Shown here: one piece after another, positions 16,771 through 28,337 of the stretch | Position numbering within the stretch: the stretch's first letter is position 1 | Layout of the letters: each line of letters starts with the position of its first letter | DNA from: an uncultured Nitrososphaerota archaeon | Lineage (GTDB): Archaea > Thermoproteota > Nitrososphaeria > Nitrososphaerales > Gagatemarchaeaceae | Assembly: GCA_963718895.1 (NCBI GenBank) | Contig: CAVRAG010000008.1 | Coordinates: forward strand, 544,001 to 608,000 | Direction of reading: 5' to 3' | Length of the DNA stretch: 64,000 bases | Translations under genes and position numbers: made by a program | The notes under the pieces: generated by a model | Seen by the model: only the letters and a program-made list of their open reading frames with translations | Told to the model about the DNA's origin: nothing | Database searches by the model: none

Positions 16771-18240
16771 TCAAGGTCCGAAGATTATCCCGACGTTGTT
16801 GTCCGAGTAGTCGGCCACGTACATCCCGCCGTCGGCGACGTCGTAGGCCATCCCCTGGGGGAAGTTCCCGACCGGGACGATGAACGACGCCTTGTCCGTC
16901 AGCCCGTTGATCACCCAGACGTTGTCGTCACCCGCCGCAGGAGACGTAGAGCGTGCCGGTCGCCTGGTTCACCGCAACCCCGCCGGGGAGGTCCCCCACC
17001 GGTATCGTCGCGATTACCTGGTTGGCGTTGTTGACCACCGAGACGGTCCCGTCGGCATAGTTGGTCACGTAGACGTTGCCGTTCCACGGGTCGTAGGCGA
17101 CCGCTGTGGGGAAGGACCCGACCCGTATCGAGCCGATGACCGCGTTCGTGCCGGGATTCACCACAGTGACGTTGTTCGCGCCCTCCTGGGCGACGTAGAG
17201 GTACCCGTTGCCGGGGTCGAATGCGATGCCGGCAGGGAAGGACCCGATGTTGACCGTGTGGATGACCGCGTTGGTCGCGCTGTCGATCTCCGAGAGCGTC
17301 CCGTCCCCGTTGTTGGTCACATAGACCTGCCCGACCGAGGAAGCATAGGCCACACCCTGCGGGTTCGTCCCGACGGGCACCGTGGCGAGGAGAGCTGGTG
17401 CCGCTGATGACCGAGACCGTGTCCAGCCCGGCGTTCGCGACGTAGACGTCGTTGTTCGTCCCGTCGAAGGCCGCCGCGATCGGGCTCCCGCCCACGTTCA
17501 CCGTCGCGATGACCGCCAAGTTCGAGACGACGGAGACCGTGCCCGACTTGTAGTCCGTCACGTACACGTCAGTTGTTCGAGGTGTCATAGGCGAGCCCGT
17601 ACGGGTGCGCCCCAGCGTTGACAGTGGTCGAGCCGGACCCTTCCCCGTTGCAGTTCTGGACCACCGGGATGGCCTGGTTGATCGAGACGTAGACGCAGTC
17701 GCCGGCCGCCTCCGTCGCTGTCCTCCCCGGGAGAGTGCCTGAAGCCAGCCAGGTTCGCCAGCTCCGTATTGCTGGGGTTTGGCACGTGCCCCTCCGGTCA
17801 CGAGGTTGAGGCCCTCCGTGGCTGCTCGGGTTCGGGAGGCTGTCGGCGCCGCTAAGGAGCAGCGACTCGAGGTTCGATCCGGGCGGTCTGGACGTCTCCC
17901 GAGAGCAGGGCGAGCGCCTCCGACTGCAGGGTACCCAGGTTCTCCGTCGCAAGGAGCCCGAGGTTCTCCGTCCCTACCCTGCTCGGCAAAGAGTCGGCCA
18001 ACCCGAGGAGGAGGCTGTCGACGGCCGAGGCGCCGGGCAGCGAGTTCACCGGCCTGAGGTTGAGGAGCTCGTTCTGGACCGTGTTGGGGACGCCCTCGAT
18101 TGCCGAGAGCGTCAGCGACTCCATCAGCGAGGCGCTGAGGGCGTTTGCAGCGATCACAAAGGTGAAAACGGCGGCAAGGGCCGAGATGAGGAGTACGATC
18201 CGGCGTCTGCGCTTGCCAAGCCGCAACCCTAGTCTCGCTC
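16771..18240 (-). CDS. Membrane-anchored YVTN-family beta-propeller protein with N-terminal ESLxL-type repeats (frameshifted)
   Basis: KRRRR + hydrophobic helix; repeats ESLTLSA/DSLLLGLADSL/ENLGLLATENL/ESLLLSGADSL; then multiple VGxxPxGxAYD...VYVTN...GTVSV blades ending GIIFGP-TGA at 16771. Confidence 0.8.
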
Positions 18241-19516
18241 TCAGCTCATGCTCATCTCGAAGGTCGTGGTGATTGACGAGTCGGCGGGGACCGCGAGGGC
18301 GCTGAACGTGTTCCTGATCAGCAGGAAGAGTAGGTCGCGGAGCCGAATGACTGGTAGTAGCCCGCCTCGGTGAACGAGGTCGCAACGGGCGTCGGGATGA
18401 CCGCGGTCACGGCCACGTAGGGCGAGAAGACGAAGCTGTTCACCGCCGTGTACGTCAGGACCGGCTGGCAGAGGTTGACGGCGCTCCGGGACTGGGCGAA
18501 CCCGCCGGGGTTGTGACGGGCAGGTCGAGGCGGTGCCGGTCCCCACCCTTATCGCGGAGTCCGCGCCGGTGGTGCCAGAGCCGAGGTCCGCCCTCGGGGC
18601 CTGCCGTAGGTGTCGATGTAGCGGACATCCGCTGTAGGCCGAGGTAGCGAGGACGTAGACCCAGACCGACTGCGCGGTCCCGCTGGTGGGCGTGAGCATG
18701 ACGGACGACACGGTGCCGAGCGGGTTGGCGAAGATGGCCGCCAGCAGCGTCCCGAGGTTGTTGTTGTAGGCCGTGCTGCCCAGCTGGACAGTGTACTGGA
18801 TCGAGATGGTGTTCCCGGCCGAGACCGGCGACGGTCGAGAAGGTGTCGTGGAACATCAGGAAGTCGGCCCAGGACGTCGCCGGCGATGAACCAGTTCTCG
18901 AAGAACCCGACCTCGGATATGCTCGCGGCCGTCCCGGCGATGATCCCGGCGCCGAAGACGATGTTGCCCGTCGACGGGTCGTAGGTGGGCTGGGTCACGG
19001 TCACGAGGGACTGGTACTGGGCCGTCAGCTTGTGGTCAGTCCTGGCGACCGCCGTCGTGCCCGTCCCGACCGCGATGTAGCCCCCGGCGTAGGGCGCGGA
19101 GCTGACTCGCAGGCCCAGGTGCAGGTCGTGTAGGTGCTGAGCGAGTCCCTCCCGATCAGGGTGTCGACCGTCCCGGTGGTGTCGGTCATCGTGAACGTCG
19201 AGGGCGCGCTGCTGTAGCCCTCGTTGGTCAGCCAGGAAGCGAGGAAGTTCATGAAGTTGTTCATGACCATGTCGTCGTTCTGGGTCACCGAGGCCTTGAG
19301 GGCGCCGCTGGAGTCGTAGACCTTGACCGAGAGCTGCGCGGCCAGCGGAAAGTTGGGTGTGGGGGCTCCCGAGGAAGCCGCGCTCTGGTGAGCGAGAGAG
19401 AAACCGTAGACGCCTGCCATCGAGCTTACTGCGACTATCACGCCGAGGAATAGAACGAGGATCGCAGTCCTGTGCCCATGGCCAGTGACCTCAGCTGGAT
19501 TGGTGGCCAGTCTCAT
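18241..19516 (-). CDS. Membrane-anchored protein with two copies of a phage tail-fibre/collar-like domain (frameshifted)
   Basis: N-terminal TM helix; stitched frames give VKVYDSSGALK...YIAVGTGTTAVARTDHKL...ISEVGFF...LMFHDTFSTVAVSAGNTISIQYTV and a second copy IRVGTGT...FTEAGYY...LLIRNTFSALAVPADSSITTTF. Confidence 0.6.
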
Positions 19517-19716
19517 GGCATCACTTTTGGCCTGTAAGACATTGGCGAAATGGTTAGCAGAGTACAGTGGAGAAGAGGCACGATTACCGGTCGAGGCGGG
19601 TAATTGCTTCAGTGTCTTTTGTAAGATTCACAATAATATTTAAGCGCGAGACGGCGGAACGTCTCTTCTGTGGGATCAGGCCCTGGATTTGAACCTCGGC
19701 AGCCTGCTGAGGACAC

Positions 19717-20073
19717 CTAAGCAAGCTTGGACCCGTTGGGGACCATGCGCTCTGGTTGCGAAAGGACCACCTCCCCGTCGCCCACGATGAACCCCGTGGT
19801 GAGGACCTCGGAGACGAAACCGGCGACCCGCTTCGGGGGGAAGTTGGTGACACAGATGACCGGTCTTCCTATGAGCTCGTCGGTCGAATACAGAGTGGTT
19901 ATCTGCGCGCTCGACTTTTTGATTCCGAGAACCCCGAGGTCTATGGTTAGCTTGTAGGCCGGCTTTTTGGCCTCCGGGAATTCATCCGCCCTGAGTATCG
20001 TACCAACCCTGAGCTCGACCTTCTCGAAGTCTTCCCACGTGATATGATCCTATGAATTGCGTTCAGGTTCCAT
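19717..20073 (-). CDS. csaA: CsaA tRNA-binding/secretion chaperone (missed by the ORF track; in-frame TAG at codon 8)
   Basis: [84 protein letters not shown]. Confidence 0.88.
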
Positions 20074-21882
20074 TAACTGGGTCGCCTTCTCCTTACTTGC
20101 CTTCATCCTGGCATCCCTGTGACTCGCAGTCTCGCCCCACTGTGAAACCTCCAGGGCCTCCACGTTTCTCGAAGTGGGAATCGGAGCTTGCGGATGTGGT
20201 TCACTCGCGACTCGATCCCCAGGCCGCGCCCTTATGGCCTCATCGAGCGAGGCACCTCCCCGGAAGTAGGAGATGACAAGCGCGAGGACCGAGATCCCCA
20301 ACCCGATGTAGAAGGTGACGCGCAGCGCAGACATGAAAGCGGGCGCTATGGCGTTGGGGAAGAAGGTGTTCCCGGTCAGATACGTGGTCGTCGCCGCGGA
20401 TCGACGAGGTCACAGAGGCAGGGAGGCTCGTCAGTATCGAACTCACGGGGTTGAAGCCGAGAAAGGCGGCGAAGACCGCGCTCGTCGCGGGTATGTGATA
20501 GAAGTACTGGGAGAGCTGCGGGGCTCCGGCCGAGGACATCGCGGATGTGAAGGCACCCGGGAGGCTGCTCGTGAGGGACGAGATTATTATCGTGAAGAAG
20601 ATCGCGAGGCTGATGTGGGCGTGTTCTGGAGGGTAGCGCGCACCCCGGAGGCGACGCCCCGGTCCTGGGGCGGGACGGAGTTCATGATCGAGAGGACGTT
20701 CGGTGACGCGAACATCCCGCTGCCGATTCCCATCACGAAGATTATCAGGGCGAAGGGTACGTAGTTGAAGTTGTAGGGAAGGAACGTGAGGGCGAAGAAG
20801 GAGACCGCCGAGACCCCCAGGCCCAGGGTCGTGAGCGTCCTTGTGCCGTACTTGTCCGCGAGCGAGCCGCTCACGGGCCCCATGACCACGAAGCCGACCA
20901 GCAGAGGGAGGATGAAGATCCCCGACCAGAACGGAGTCGAGTTGTAGGTGTACCCGTGGAGCGGGAGCCAGATCCCCTGGAGGAGTATTATCAGCATTAT
21001 CTGCACGCCGCCCCTCGCTATCGACGCGAGCAGCCCGGCGATGTTGGCGGCGGCGAACATCCTGTTCCTGAAGAGCCCGAGGTTGAACATCGGCTCGGCG
21101 ACGCGGGACTCGATGAAAGGGAAAGCCACGAGGAGGGCCGAACCGATGACCATCGAAGCGATGACCCATGGGTCTCCCCAGCCCGTGCTGGCCGACCCGT
21201 AGGGGATCAGCCCGTAGGAGATCCCGATGAGCAGGAGGGTGAGGCCGATCCCGAACGTGGCGTTCCCCCAGACGTCGAGCTTCTGGTTCGCCCGTATGTT
21301 CGCGGTCTCCTTGAGCTTCCAGTAGGACCAGATCGTCCCGACTATCCCCACAGGGACGCTTACGAGGAAGACGTACCTCCAGTTGAAGGTGGCCAGGACC
21401 CCGCCCAGGATGAGGCCTATGGTCGACCCGGCGAGGACCGAGATCATGTTGATTCCCAGGGCACGGCCCCGTTCGTTCGCAGGGAACGCGTCGGTGATTA
21501 TGGCGGCCCCGTTCGCGAAGAGGAAAGCGCCTCCGACCCCCTGGACTATCCTGAATACGATCAGCTCCTCGGCTCCCAGGTCTCCGGTGCTGGGTGTCAG
21601 GTAGAGGAGGGTCGACCCCACCGTGAATATGGCAAAGCCGAGGTTGTAGAGCTTCACCCTCCCGAACATGTCCGAGATCCTTCCGAACGTGACGAGGAGG
21701 GTCGAGGTCACGACGCTGTAGCCGAAGAGCAGCCAGAGAAGGTACTGGAACGACGTCAGAGGGTCGATTTGAATTCCCCTGAATATCGCGGGAAGCGAGA
21801 TTAGAACTATCGTTGTGTCGATTGACGCCATCAAAACGCCGATGGTGGTGTTCGAGAGCGCGATCCACTTGTACTCGACCAT
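20050..21882 (-). CDS. MFS drug:H+ antiporter (DHA2-like, 14 TM), frameshifted in the C-terminal part
   Basis: [13 protein letters not shown] motif [18 protein letters not shown]; the C-terminus continues in two other frames. Confidence 0.88.
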
Positions 21883-21999
21883 GGGGCTTGTTGCGAGAAC
21901 AGCTCACTGGCAGATATTTAACCAGTCGAGCATCCTCCAGCTCAGGACCGTCCGCTTCGTGGGCCTAGTTTATCTAATCAACGCGGTTGCTTGCGGGGC

Positions 22000-22451
22000 A
22001 TGATCGGGAGAGGGGACGAGCAGGCGAAGGCGGAGGTCGCCGCGTTCATCCGGTCGTTCTTCGAGGTGGGGAAGAGCAAAGATCTTACGTCCCTGCTGGA
22101 CTTCCACTCGCCGGCCAGCCTCTTCACGAAGTTCGACGAGAACCCGCCCTACACCCGGCAGAACTCCGAGGAGGCGTTCATCTACGAGCAGGCTGCCTTC
22201 GCAAACATCTCGGACTACGAGTACAAATCGACGGGCAGAAGATAGACCTCGTAGGGGAGGTGGCAATCGCGACATTCTACCTCACGTTCACGGGGGTCTT
22301 CGTCAACGACTATTCCTTCGAGGGGATGACGGTCGGCTCGAAGTCGAGGGTCACGATGGTGCTGGCGAGGTTCGGCGGGTCATGGAAGATTGTCCATGCG
22401 CACTTCAGCCCCTTCCCCGACATCCCGAAGGAAAAGAGCCCCCGTCGCTAG
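22000..22451 (+). CDS. SnoaL/NTF2-like (YybH-type) protein, frameshifted ~22228
   Basis: FTKFDENPPY...EQAAFANISDY, then VAIATFYLTF...SRVTMVLARFGGSWKIVHAHFS. Confidence 0.75.
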
Positions 22452-22457
22452 CCGGAT

Positions 22458-24033
22458 CTAACCTAGACTGTGCCGGAGCTTGGCCGCCTGATTGAAAGCG
22501 TCGCGCGCCTCTGCATCCTCGCCCTCCACATAGGAGATGAGGAAGTTGTTGGTGAAGTTCTCGTGCTTCTTGCTGTCGTTGCTCCTCGGGCCTAACTTCA
22601 GCGAGAACCGCTCCTCGACCGCGGAGAGGTCTGCCACGAGCTTTCCGAGCGAGTCCCTGAAGTTCTCTCTGCCGACACCCGCGACCTTCGCGACGCGTGG
22701 GTACAGCTCCATCATCATGTTTATCGTCTGCCAGGAGACGAGCGAGCCTACGGCCCTGAAGTCCTTCCTCAGGTTGACATAGGTGTTCTCTAGTGCTTTC
22801 CATTCCTCCCCACTCATCTCGGCGAGCGCGCTCGCTCCGATAAACTCTGGAGGGATGCCGACTGAATAGAAAGCGGCGGCGAAGGGTATCGCCCTTGGCA
22901 TGGCCTTTCCCTTCACCATCCTGCTGTACCCGAAGAGGCCTATGTGCAGCTTCCTGGCCCGACGCCTTGGGACGAACTCGGCTATGCTATTGATGAAGGG
23001 CGCGAGTTCCTCGATCCTGGACTGATAGGAGGCGATCAGCTTGTACATTGCGGTCCGGAGCAGCTTCTCGTCGCCGTCTCCTATCATCGAGGGCTTCCGG
23101 TCGGGAAGTCTGGAGTTGAGCGCGGCGATGGCGGCTCGCACCTTCGCGAGCGGATAGTCATACCTGAAGGCGGACTGGACGGTGACCGTGCTCAGACCCT
23201 TGTACTCCTCGAGGAAGCCGTCCACGTTCGTCGGCGAGAGGTGCCCCCTGAACGGCATCGAGCCCACACCTATCATGGGGTGCATCTCCACCCCCGTGGA
23301 GACCTCGAGCGAGTGGAGCTTCGATAGCGCTATCTTGGCGAGGAGGACCGCGGGAACGAGGCCGTAGTTGAGGGCCGGGTCGGAACGGGCGATGAAGACG
23401 CGCAACCTGTCGACCTTCACCAGACCCAGATACTCCTTCAGCAGCTCGTCGATCAGGAGCAGGTGCTCCATGTCCTCGATGAGCGGGATGACGTCGATCT
23501 CCTTGGGCCTGATCTCTCCGATCCAGTCCCTCACCGTCATGGAACCTGAGAGCTTCATGTTCTGGACGCCCGGCGATCGCCTTGCCATAGTAGTCATGGA
23601 GCCACGCGAGTTCCCTTCCGCTCGTAGTGAAGGGCAGTATGACCTCGAAGACCGGCACCGCCTCCCTCTTGTGGAAGACGGTGGCGACGTCGGAGCTCAG
23701 AGGAATCGTGTCCAGCGTCGTGGTCACGATCTTCCGCTCAGCGATCTCGATCTGGGGGTTCGGGATGCGGTAGGTTAGGTAGATGTCCTCCCCGATTACT
23801 TTCTTATGGAAGTAGTCGGGATAAGAGCTGAAGAGCTTGCGGACGACGTTCGTGTCGACGTCCTTTCCTTCTGAGTCCCACATCACCTCGTCGCAGCCAA
23901 GGTCCCTGTACGCGAAGACGGCCTCTCGAAGCTCGGCCTCACCCTCTATGATCTCGTTCTCGGCCCACGGCGGCGGGGAGACGTTGTCCGGGTGCTGGGT
24001 GGACATCGTGCGAGGGATTCTTCGGTCTTTCAA
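22458..24033 (-). CDS. ppcA: Archaeal-type phosphoenolpyruvate carboxylase (frameshift ~23575)
   Basis: IPRTMSTQHPDN, EVMWDSEGK, RVFIARSDPALNYG, PFRGHL, RKLHIGLFGYSR, PRAIPF. Confidence 0.95.
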
Positions 24034-24132
24034 GCTGCCGGGGTCGGAGCGGCCCTCTGGGTTCGAAGGTAGATTAACTAATCGGGGCTCCGAATAGTCT
24101 ACCGGTCTCCCGAGACGAGAAGGCGGCCCGAC

Positions 24133-24877
24133 TCAATGGTTGATGGTGTTGAACGCTTGGTCAAGCTCGTTCTTGGAGCTGGACATCCACCTCTTTGAGG
24201 GGCCAATGGCGATCTCAAGGACATCCTCTTCCAGGCCTCTGACGACGGCCTCGGCCACCTCCGACGAAGACGCGGTCCACTCGGCCCTTTCTATGGGCTT
24301 GCCCTTCAGCTCGGTGTCGTAGACTGTCGGAGGGATTACCTCATAGACCTTCACGGATGTTCCTCTCAGTTGATGTCTCAACGACATCGTGAAAGAGTGA
24401 ATCGCGGCCTTCGTCGCAGAGTAGATGGGGAAGACTGTCAGGGGCACGAAACCCAGACCGGAAGATACATTGACTATCGCAGCCTCCTTGCGCTTCAGAA
24501 GCATCGGCACAAACTGGGCGGACGAGATAGACCTGCGCCTTGAAGTTTATGTCGATTTCGTCCTCTTGGTCCAGCAGGTCCTTTGTTCCCTTGGTGAAGT
24601 CCACCCGCCTCTGAATCCCCGCGTTGTTGACCAGCACATCGAGAGTCTTGAAATTATCCTCGACCCAGGCGTAGAGGGCCTGGCGATCGCTCTCCTTTGA
24701 GACATCGCACTGCCTAACGCTCAGAGCAGGGAGCATCTTCTTGGCGTCCTCTAACCTGTCCAATCTTCTGCCGCAGATTATCACCCTGTTCCCTAGCTTC
24801 ACAAAGGATTCCGCCAGGGCCCAGCCTATCCCGGTGGCACCTCCCGTGATCAAGATGATCTTGTCTCTTGTCTTCAC
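24133..24877 (-). CDS. Short-chain dehydrogenase (DltE-like), frameshift ~24515
   Basis: ILITGGATGIG, LVNNAGIQR, NVSSGLG, YSATKAA. Confidence 0.88.
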
Positions 24878-24989
24878 TTGTATCTGAATCTCGGTTGCAC
24901 TTGGAAGACTACCCGGCTTTATAGCGTATCGCTCTTGCCTGAACACGTCTTCGCGGTATGATCTGCAACCTACTCTGGGTCTAAAGCCG

Positions 24990-25009
24990 GTGGGCCCGGA
25001 GAGATGTGA
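24990..25009 (-). repeat. Copy of the tRNA-CAT 3' end (att-like direct repeat)
   Basis: GTGGGCCCGGAGAGATGTGA versus GTGGGCCCGGAGAGATTTGA at 26270-26289 (19/20). Confidence 0.75.
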
Positions 25010-25161
25010 CTACAGTTGTGTTCAAATCAGCATCAAGGAATGGTCCACAGGTTCAAGTCCGGCAGCATCTAGTCCCTAACTAGGTTCAAGCCCATGGCGA
25101 CAGCGTTCGATGAGAAGAAACACTTAAATCTGATTATAGCATTATCTCCGATAGAGCCTGG

Positions 25162-25407
25162 TTGTCGGAAGAAACGATTGTGGTCGGAAAGCGCGGCGAG
25201 ATATACACCGACGAGAAGCTGCGGAAGAAGGTGGGAATAAGGAAGGGCGGGCGCGTCAAGGCCACCGTGGTGGATGGCAAGCTGGTGATCGAGCCCATCG
25301 CTTCCGTTGAGGACTTAATCAAGAGCAGCCCTCTAATCTCTACGAGCGTGGAGAAGGTCGAGGAAGTGAGCGAGGAGGCTCAGAAGGAGGAAGAGGCCTT
25401 TGGTTGA
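25162..25407 (+). CDS. AbrB/MazE-family antitoxin (VapB-like)
   Basis: VVGKRGEIYTDEKLRKKVGIRKGGRVKATVVDGKLVIEP with an acidic tail; overlaps the PIN gene. Confidence 0.85.
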   Translation: MSEETIVVGKRGEIYTDEKLRKKVGIRKGGRVKATVVDGKLVIEPIASVEDLIKSSPLISTSVEKVEEVSEEAQKEEEAFG

Positions 25408-25858
25408 GCCACTCCTGCTAGACACAACGTACTTGCTTCCAGTGTTCGGAATCGACGTCGGACTCGCTAGGTTCGAGATCAAATTCCCGGAAATGCTCGA
25501 TGAATACGATATCCGCTACAACCCCGTCAGCCTACTCGAGGCCAAATGGATCAGCCTTAGGATTGGTCGACATGCCGACCGAGACAAGTTTCTCGCGAGG
25601 TATAGATCAGGCCTCGGCGCCATCATGGCCGACAAGAGGATGAAGCAGACCCGGCTCACCGATGGTGCCGTCGAGCTAATAGCCGATAGACTACTTGCTG
25701 ACAACCGCCTCGACGACTACTTTGACAGGATGATCTACGCCACAGCTGCAGCCGAGAACAGCTACCTCCTCACCGAGGACAGGGTGCTGCTGGGCTTGAT
25801 GCGTGCCAAGGGTGAGCCCATGCCGCGCAGCATCTATTCTTGGAAGGGCGTTCCATAA
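25400..25858 (+). CDS. vapC: PIN-domain toxin (VapC-like)
   Basis: LLLDTTYLLP, SLLE, DYFDRMIYATA, LLTED. Confidence 0.85.
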   Translation: MVEPLLLDTTYLLPVFGIDVGLARFEIKFPEMLDEYDIRYNPVSLLEAKWISLRIGRHADRDKFLARYRSGLGAIMADKRMKQTRLTDGAVELIADRLLADNRLDDYFDRMIYATAAAENSYLLTEDRVLLGLMRAKGEPMPRSIYSWKGVP

Positions 25859-26270
25859 GTCGCCGGACCGAGCTCGTTTGGGCTCGCCGGGCGGTTCGGA
25901 CCTATCCGAAGAGAGCAGGGTGTGCGCATTGCCACTATTTCGCCGGCGAGCCCTGCCAGGCCCGCCCGTGAATGGGTTCTCAAAGCGGACTCGGGCGAGA
26001 ACGGTTTTGCAGATTCGGTTACGCGCCGAAGTCTTAGATCGAGCACAAAGGACAGCAAGACGCGTATCGATCCAATTCCTCCGAGAGTCTTTGCCTGACT
26101 TGCATGTGATTCTTCGAACCGTGGTGCGGTGAACCCCCTACGCACAGCAGAGCTCAACTCTCTTTTCAAGACTAATGCTCAGAATGGAATTGACCTGGCC
26201 GTGGAGTCACCACATTAGCTCAATATCAGCTCAGAATGCCGAACGGAGTGATATCTGAGCTTGTTATCAG

Positions 26271-26403
26271 TGGGCCCGGAGAGATTTGAACTCTCGACCG
26301 CTCCCGCCAGGAGTATCACTGGTACCGGTTTCTCACGGGCTTCGATATGAGCCGGTCGCTCTAACCGAACTTCCCGCTAGCAACAGCTCTGAGCTACGGG
26401 CCC
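26271..26403 (-). tRNA. tRNA with CAT anticodon, probably tRNA-Ile2, with three introns
   Basis: Acceptor GGGCCCG/CGGGCCC-A (Ile-type), ACCGG-CTCATAA-CCGGT, GAGAG-TTCAAAT-CTCTC. Removing 19-, 16- and 23-nt inserts (D loop, 37/38, variable region) gives 75 nt. Confidence 0.88.
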
Positions 26404-26520
26404 TTGACTTCAGAGGCCCATACCGGCTCCTTTAAGACATTTCGAACTTTGCTAGTTCATGGTCTCCTGATACTCGCCTAGGGTCCATCCTGTTTTGAAC
26501 CTCAACTTAGCATGGCGTCG

Positions 26521-27726
26521 CTAGGGTCGACGTGCCGAAATCGTGAGGACAATGACTCTGGTAATCCAGCTTGTATCCGTAAGGGAGAGCGTAACATGTC
26601 CTGTTTGAGCGGCGGGAATCCTCTTCATGTCCCTGCGGAGTGACTTCAGCATGTCGGTCATCTGCTTCCTGATCGAGTCGTTCATCTCCGCCGGCACCCG
26701 ATAGTGTCCTTCCACCAGTAACCGAGCTTGGATGACTGTCCTACCTGCAAGCGAAAACAAATCGACGCCCGGTTGAGAGGGTTCTATCAAAGTTATGTCC
26801 GTCAGGCCGAGCTTGATCTTGGCCACGGCAAAGGCTATTTCGGCGCCAATACGACCGACATCGTACGGCGTCCCCACCTTTTGGACTAAACTCTCGAAGG
26901 ACCGAAGGAATCTCACGTGGTCTACCATGAATGCGCCTGAGACGTCCTCCATACCCTCAGGAATGGGGCAAGCTGCAATCTCTCCCAGACCGTACAGTGT
27001 CGTCGGGTCGAGTAGATAGACGATGGCTACATGGGGGTTGAACTTGCAATCACGGTATGCCCATCTGAGTCTTGCGCCGTCAGATGAAACAGAGAAGACT
27101 GGAGAGAATTCTCGACCTACACGTATTCCAATTCTAGGATAATGACGCCCATCATGATACAGTCTCAGGATTCGAGAGTTTCCGATGGCACCTCTGACAC
27201 GAATGTCAAGGTGTGCGCTGCCTTTGTCGAACTCAACTTCGCCTGATATCTCTCCCCGAATCTCGAGTCTCGAGACGTCGTTTACTGGAGGGCTCTGCAT
27301 CATCCGAAGAATTACGCCTCCAGGGAAAGTGCTGGAATCCAATTCAACCACATCAGACATCCATCTCATCCCGAGTTCATTCGCCAGCACGAAACCGGAG
27401 AGTCCGCTGAGGAAGTCATCCGGATTTGGTTCCGTAACTTGGGTCGTGAGGATGTCTCCCTGGCTCGCGAGATCGGGAGGAATTGTGGGAACCCATCTCT
27501 TACCACCCCGATAGCAACTATACATTCGGCAGCTCTTCTTGAGGAAAGTCAACATGAGCGTTATCGGAATCCCTTCCTCGAGACCACGGATTCTCTCGAC
27601 AAGACTGCTGCCGATAATGTAGCGGGAAGTCTGAGCTGATGAATACTCAAACGCGCGATTCTGGCTTCCGACCCTGAGCTGAATTTCCGCACCCTCGGGT
27701 CCTGGTCTTGAGTCGCTGGTGGGCAC
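26521..27726 (-). CDS. Hypothetical protein with a possible C-terminal PD-(D/E)xK-like domain
   Basis: Intact 401-aa ORF, visibly lower GC; C-terminal GRIGAEIA...PGVDLF...VIQAR. Confidence 0.6.
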   Translation of the reverse strand: MPTSDSRPGPEGAEIQLRVGSQNRAFEYSSAQTSRYIIGSSLVERIRGLEEGIPITLMLTFLKKSCRMYSCYRGGKRWVPTIPPDLASQGDILTTQVTEPNPDDFLSGLSGFVLANELGMRWMSDVVELDSSTFPGGVILRMMQSPPVNDVSRLEIRGEISGEVEFDKGSAHLDIRVRGAIGNSRILRLYHDGRHYPRIGIRVGREFSPVFSVSSDGARLRWAYRDCKFNPHVAIVYLLDPTTLYGLGEIAACPIPEGMEDVSGAFMVDHVRFLRSFESLVQKVGTPYDVGRIGAEIAFAVAKIKLGLTDITLIEPSQPGVDLFSLAGRTVIQARLLVEGHYRVPAEMNDSIRKQMTDMLKSLRRDMKRIPAAQTGHVTLSLTDTSWITRVIVLTISARRP

Positions 27727-27794
27727 GCCTAAGCAAATTCCTTGAGGTTATATCCGCCACTGACCTGTAGAAATCCCAGATTCAGAGATTAGGG

Positions 27795-27846
27795 GCCGGT
27801 CGCTCTAACCGAACTTCCCGCTAGCGTAGCTCTGAGCTACGGGCCC
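27795..27846 (-). repeat. Copy of the tRNA-CAT 5' half including a variant D-loop intron
   Basis: Identical to 26351-26403 except within the intron (AGCTACGCTAGC vs AGCTGTTGCTAGC); has its own TTAAAA box at ~27874-27879. Confidence 0.85.
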
Positions 27847-27917
27847 TACGCCGCGACGGGTTGGACCCGGCCGTTTTAAGTCATTATTGGGCGACACCTA
27901 AGGTCTAAATATTATAT

Positions 27918-28241
27918 GTGAAGAGGCCTAAACCCGTAGCAGTGAGTAGCAAAGACCCCGATGAAGGTTTCGACGACATTCTGGCCGAGCTCGACCGCGA
28001 GGAGGCTCGAATCAGGGTGAGAATGGAGATGCGGAGGTTCGGAAAGCCGACCACCGTCGTCGAGGGTCTGAAGATGAGCGAGAAGGACCTTCACGAGCTG
28101 GGAACCAAGATGAAGAAGATCCTGGCGACGGGAGGCACCGTGAAGGACGGGATCATTATCCTGCAGGGGGACCACAGGGATCGCTGCGTGGAGATCTTGG
28201 TGAAGCAGGGCTTCTCCGAGAGCTCGATTGAAGTGATCTAG
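27918..28241 (+). CDS. sui1: Translation initiation factor aIF1 (SUI1)
   Basis: RRFGKPTTVVEGL, LATGGTVKDG, LQGDHR. Confidence 0.93.
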   Translation: MKRPKPVAVSSKDPDEGFDDILAELDREEARIRVRMEMRRFGKPTTVVEGLKMSEKDLHELGTKMKKILATGGTVKDGIIILQGDHRDRCVEILVKQGFSESSIEVI

Positions 28242-28337
28242 CCAGCCGGCCTCGCGGACCGCTCGAGTCGGCGAGCTGACGGTCTCAGCCCCGATAACAC
28301 TTAATTCGAGAGGTCTTAGGCGGGCACCACATATCAC

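Noticed and set aside
19670-19705. T-loop-like GGTTCAAATCC (minus strand) near the RHS island edge as a tRNA/att remnant
   Set aside because: The T stem pairs poorly, and there is no acceptor stem or matching repeat in the window.
25860-26270. Integrase remnant and arm-site repeats (GCTCAGAATG twice) next to the tRNA
   Set aside because: No tyrosine recombinase motifs are recognisable in the ORFs here; the repeats alone are too weak.
27795-27846. Split (trans-spliced) tRNA half
   Set aside because: It stops before the anticodon, shows no evident complementary leader for a 3' half, and an intact gene lies 1.4 kb away; an att-type duplication fits better.
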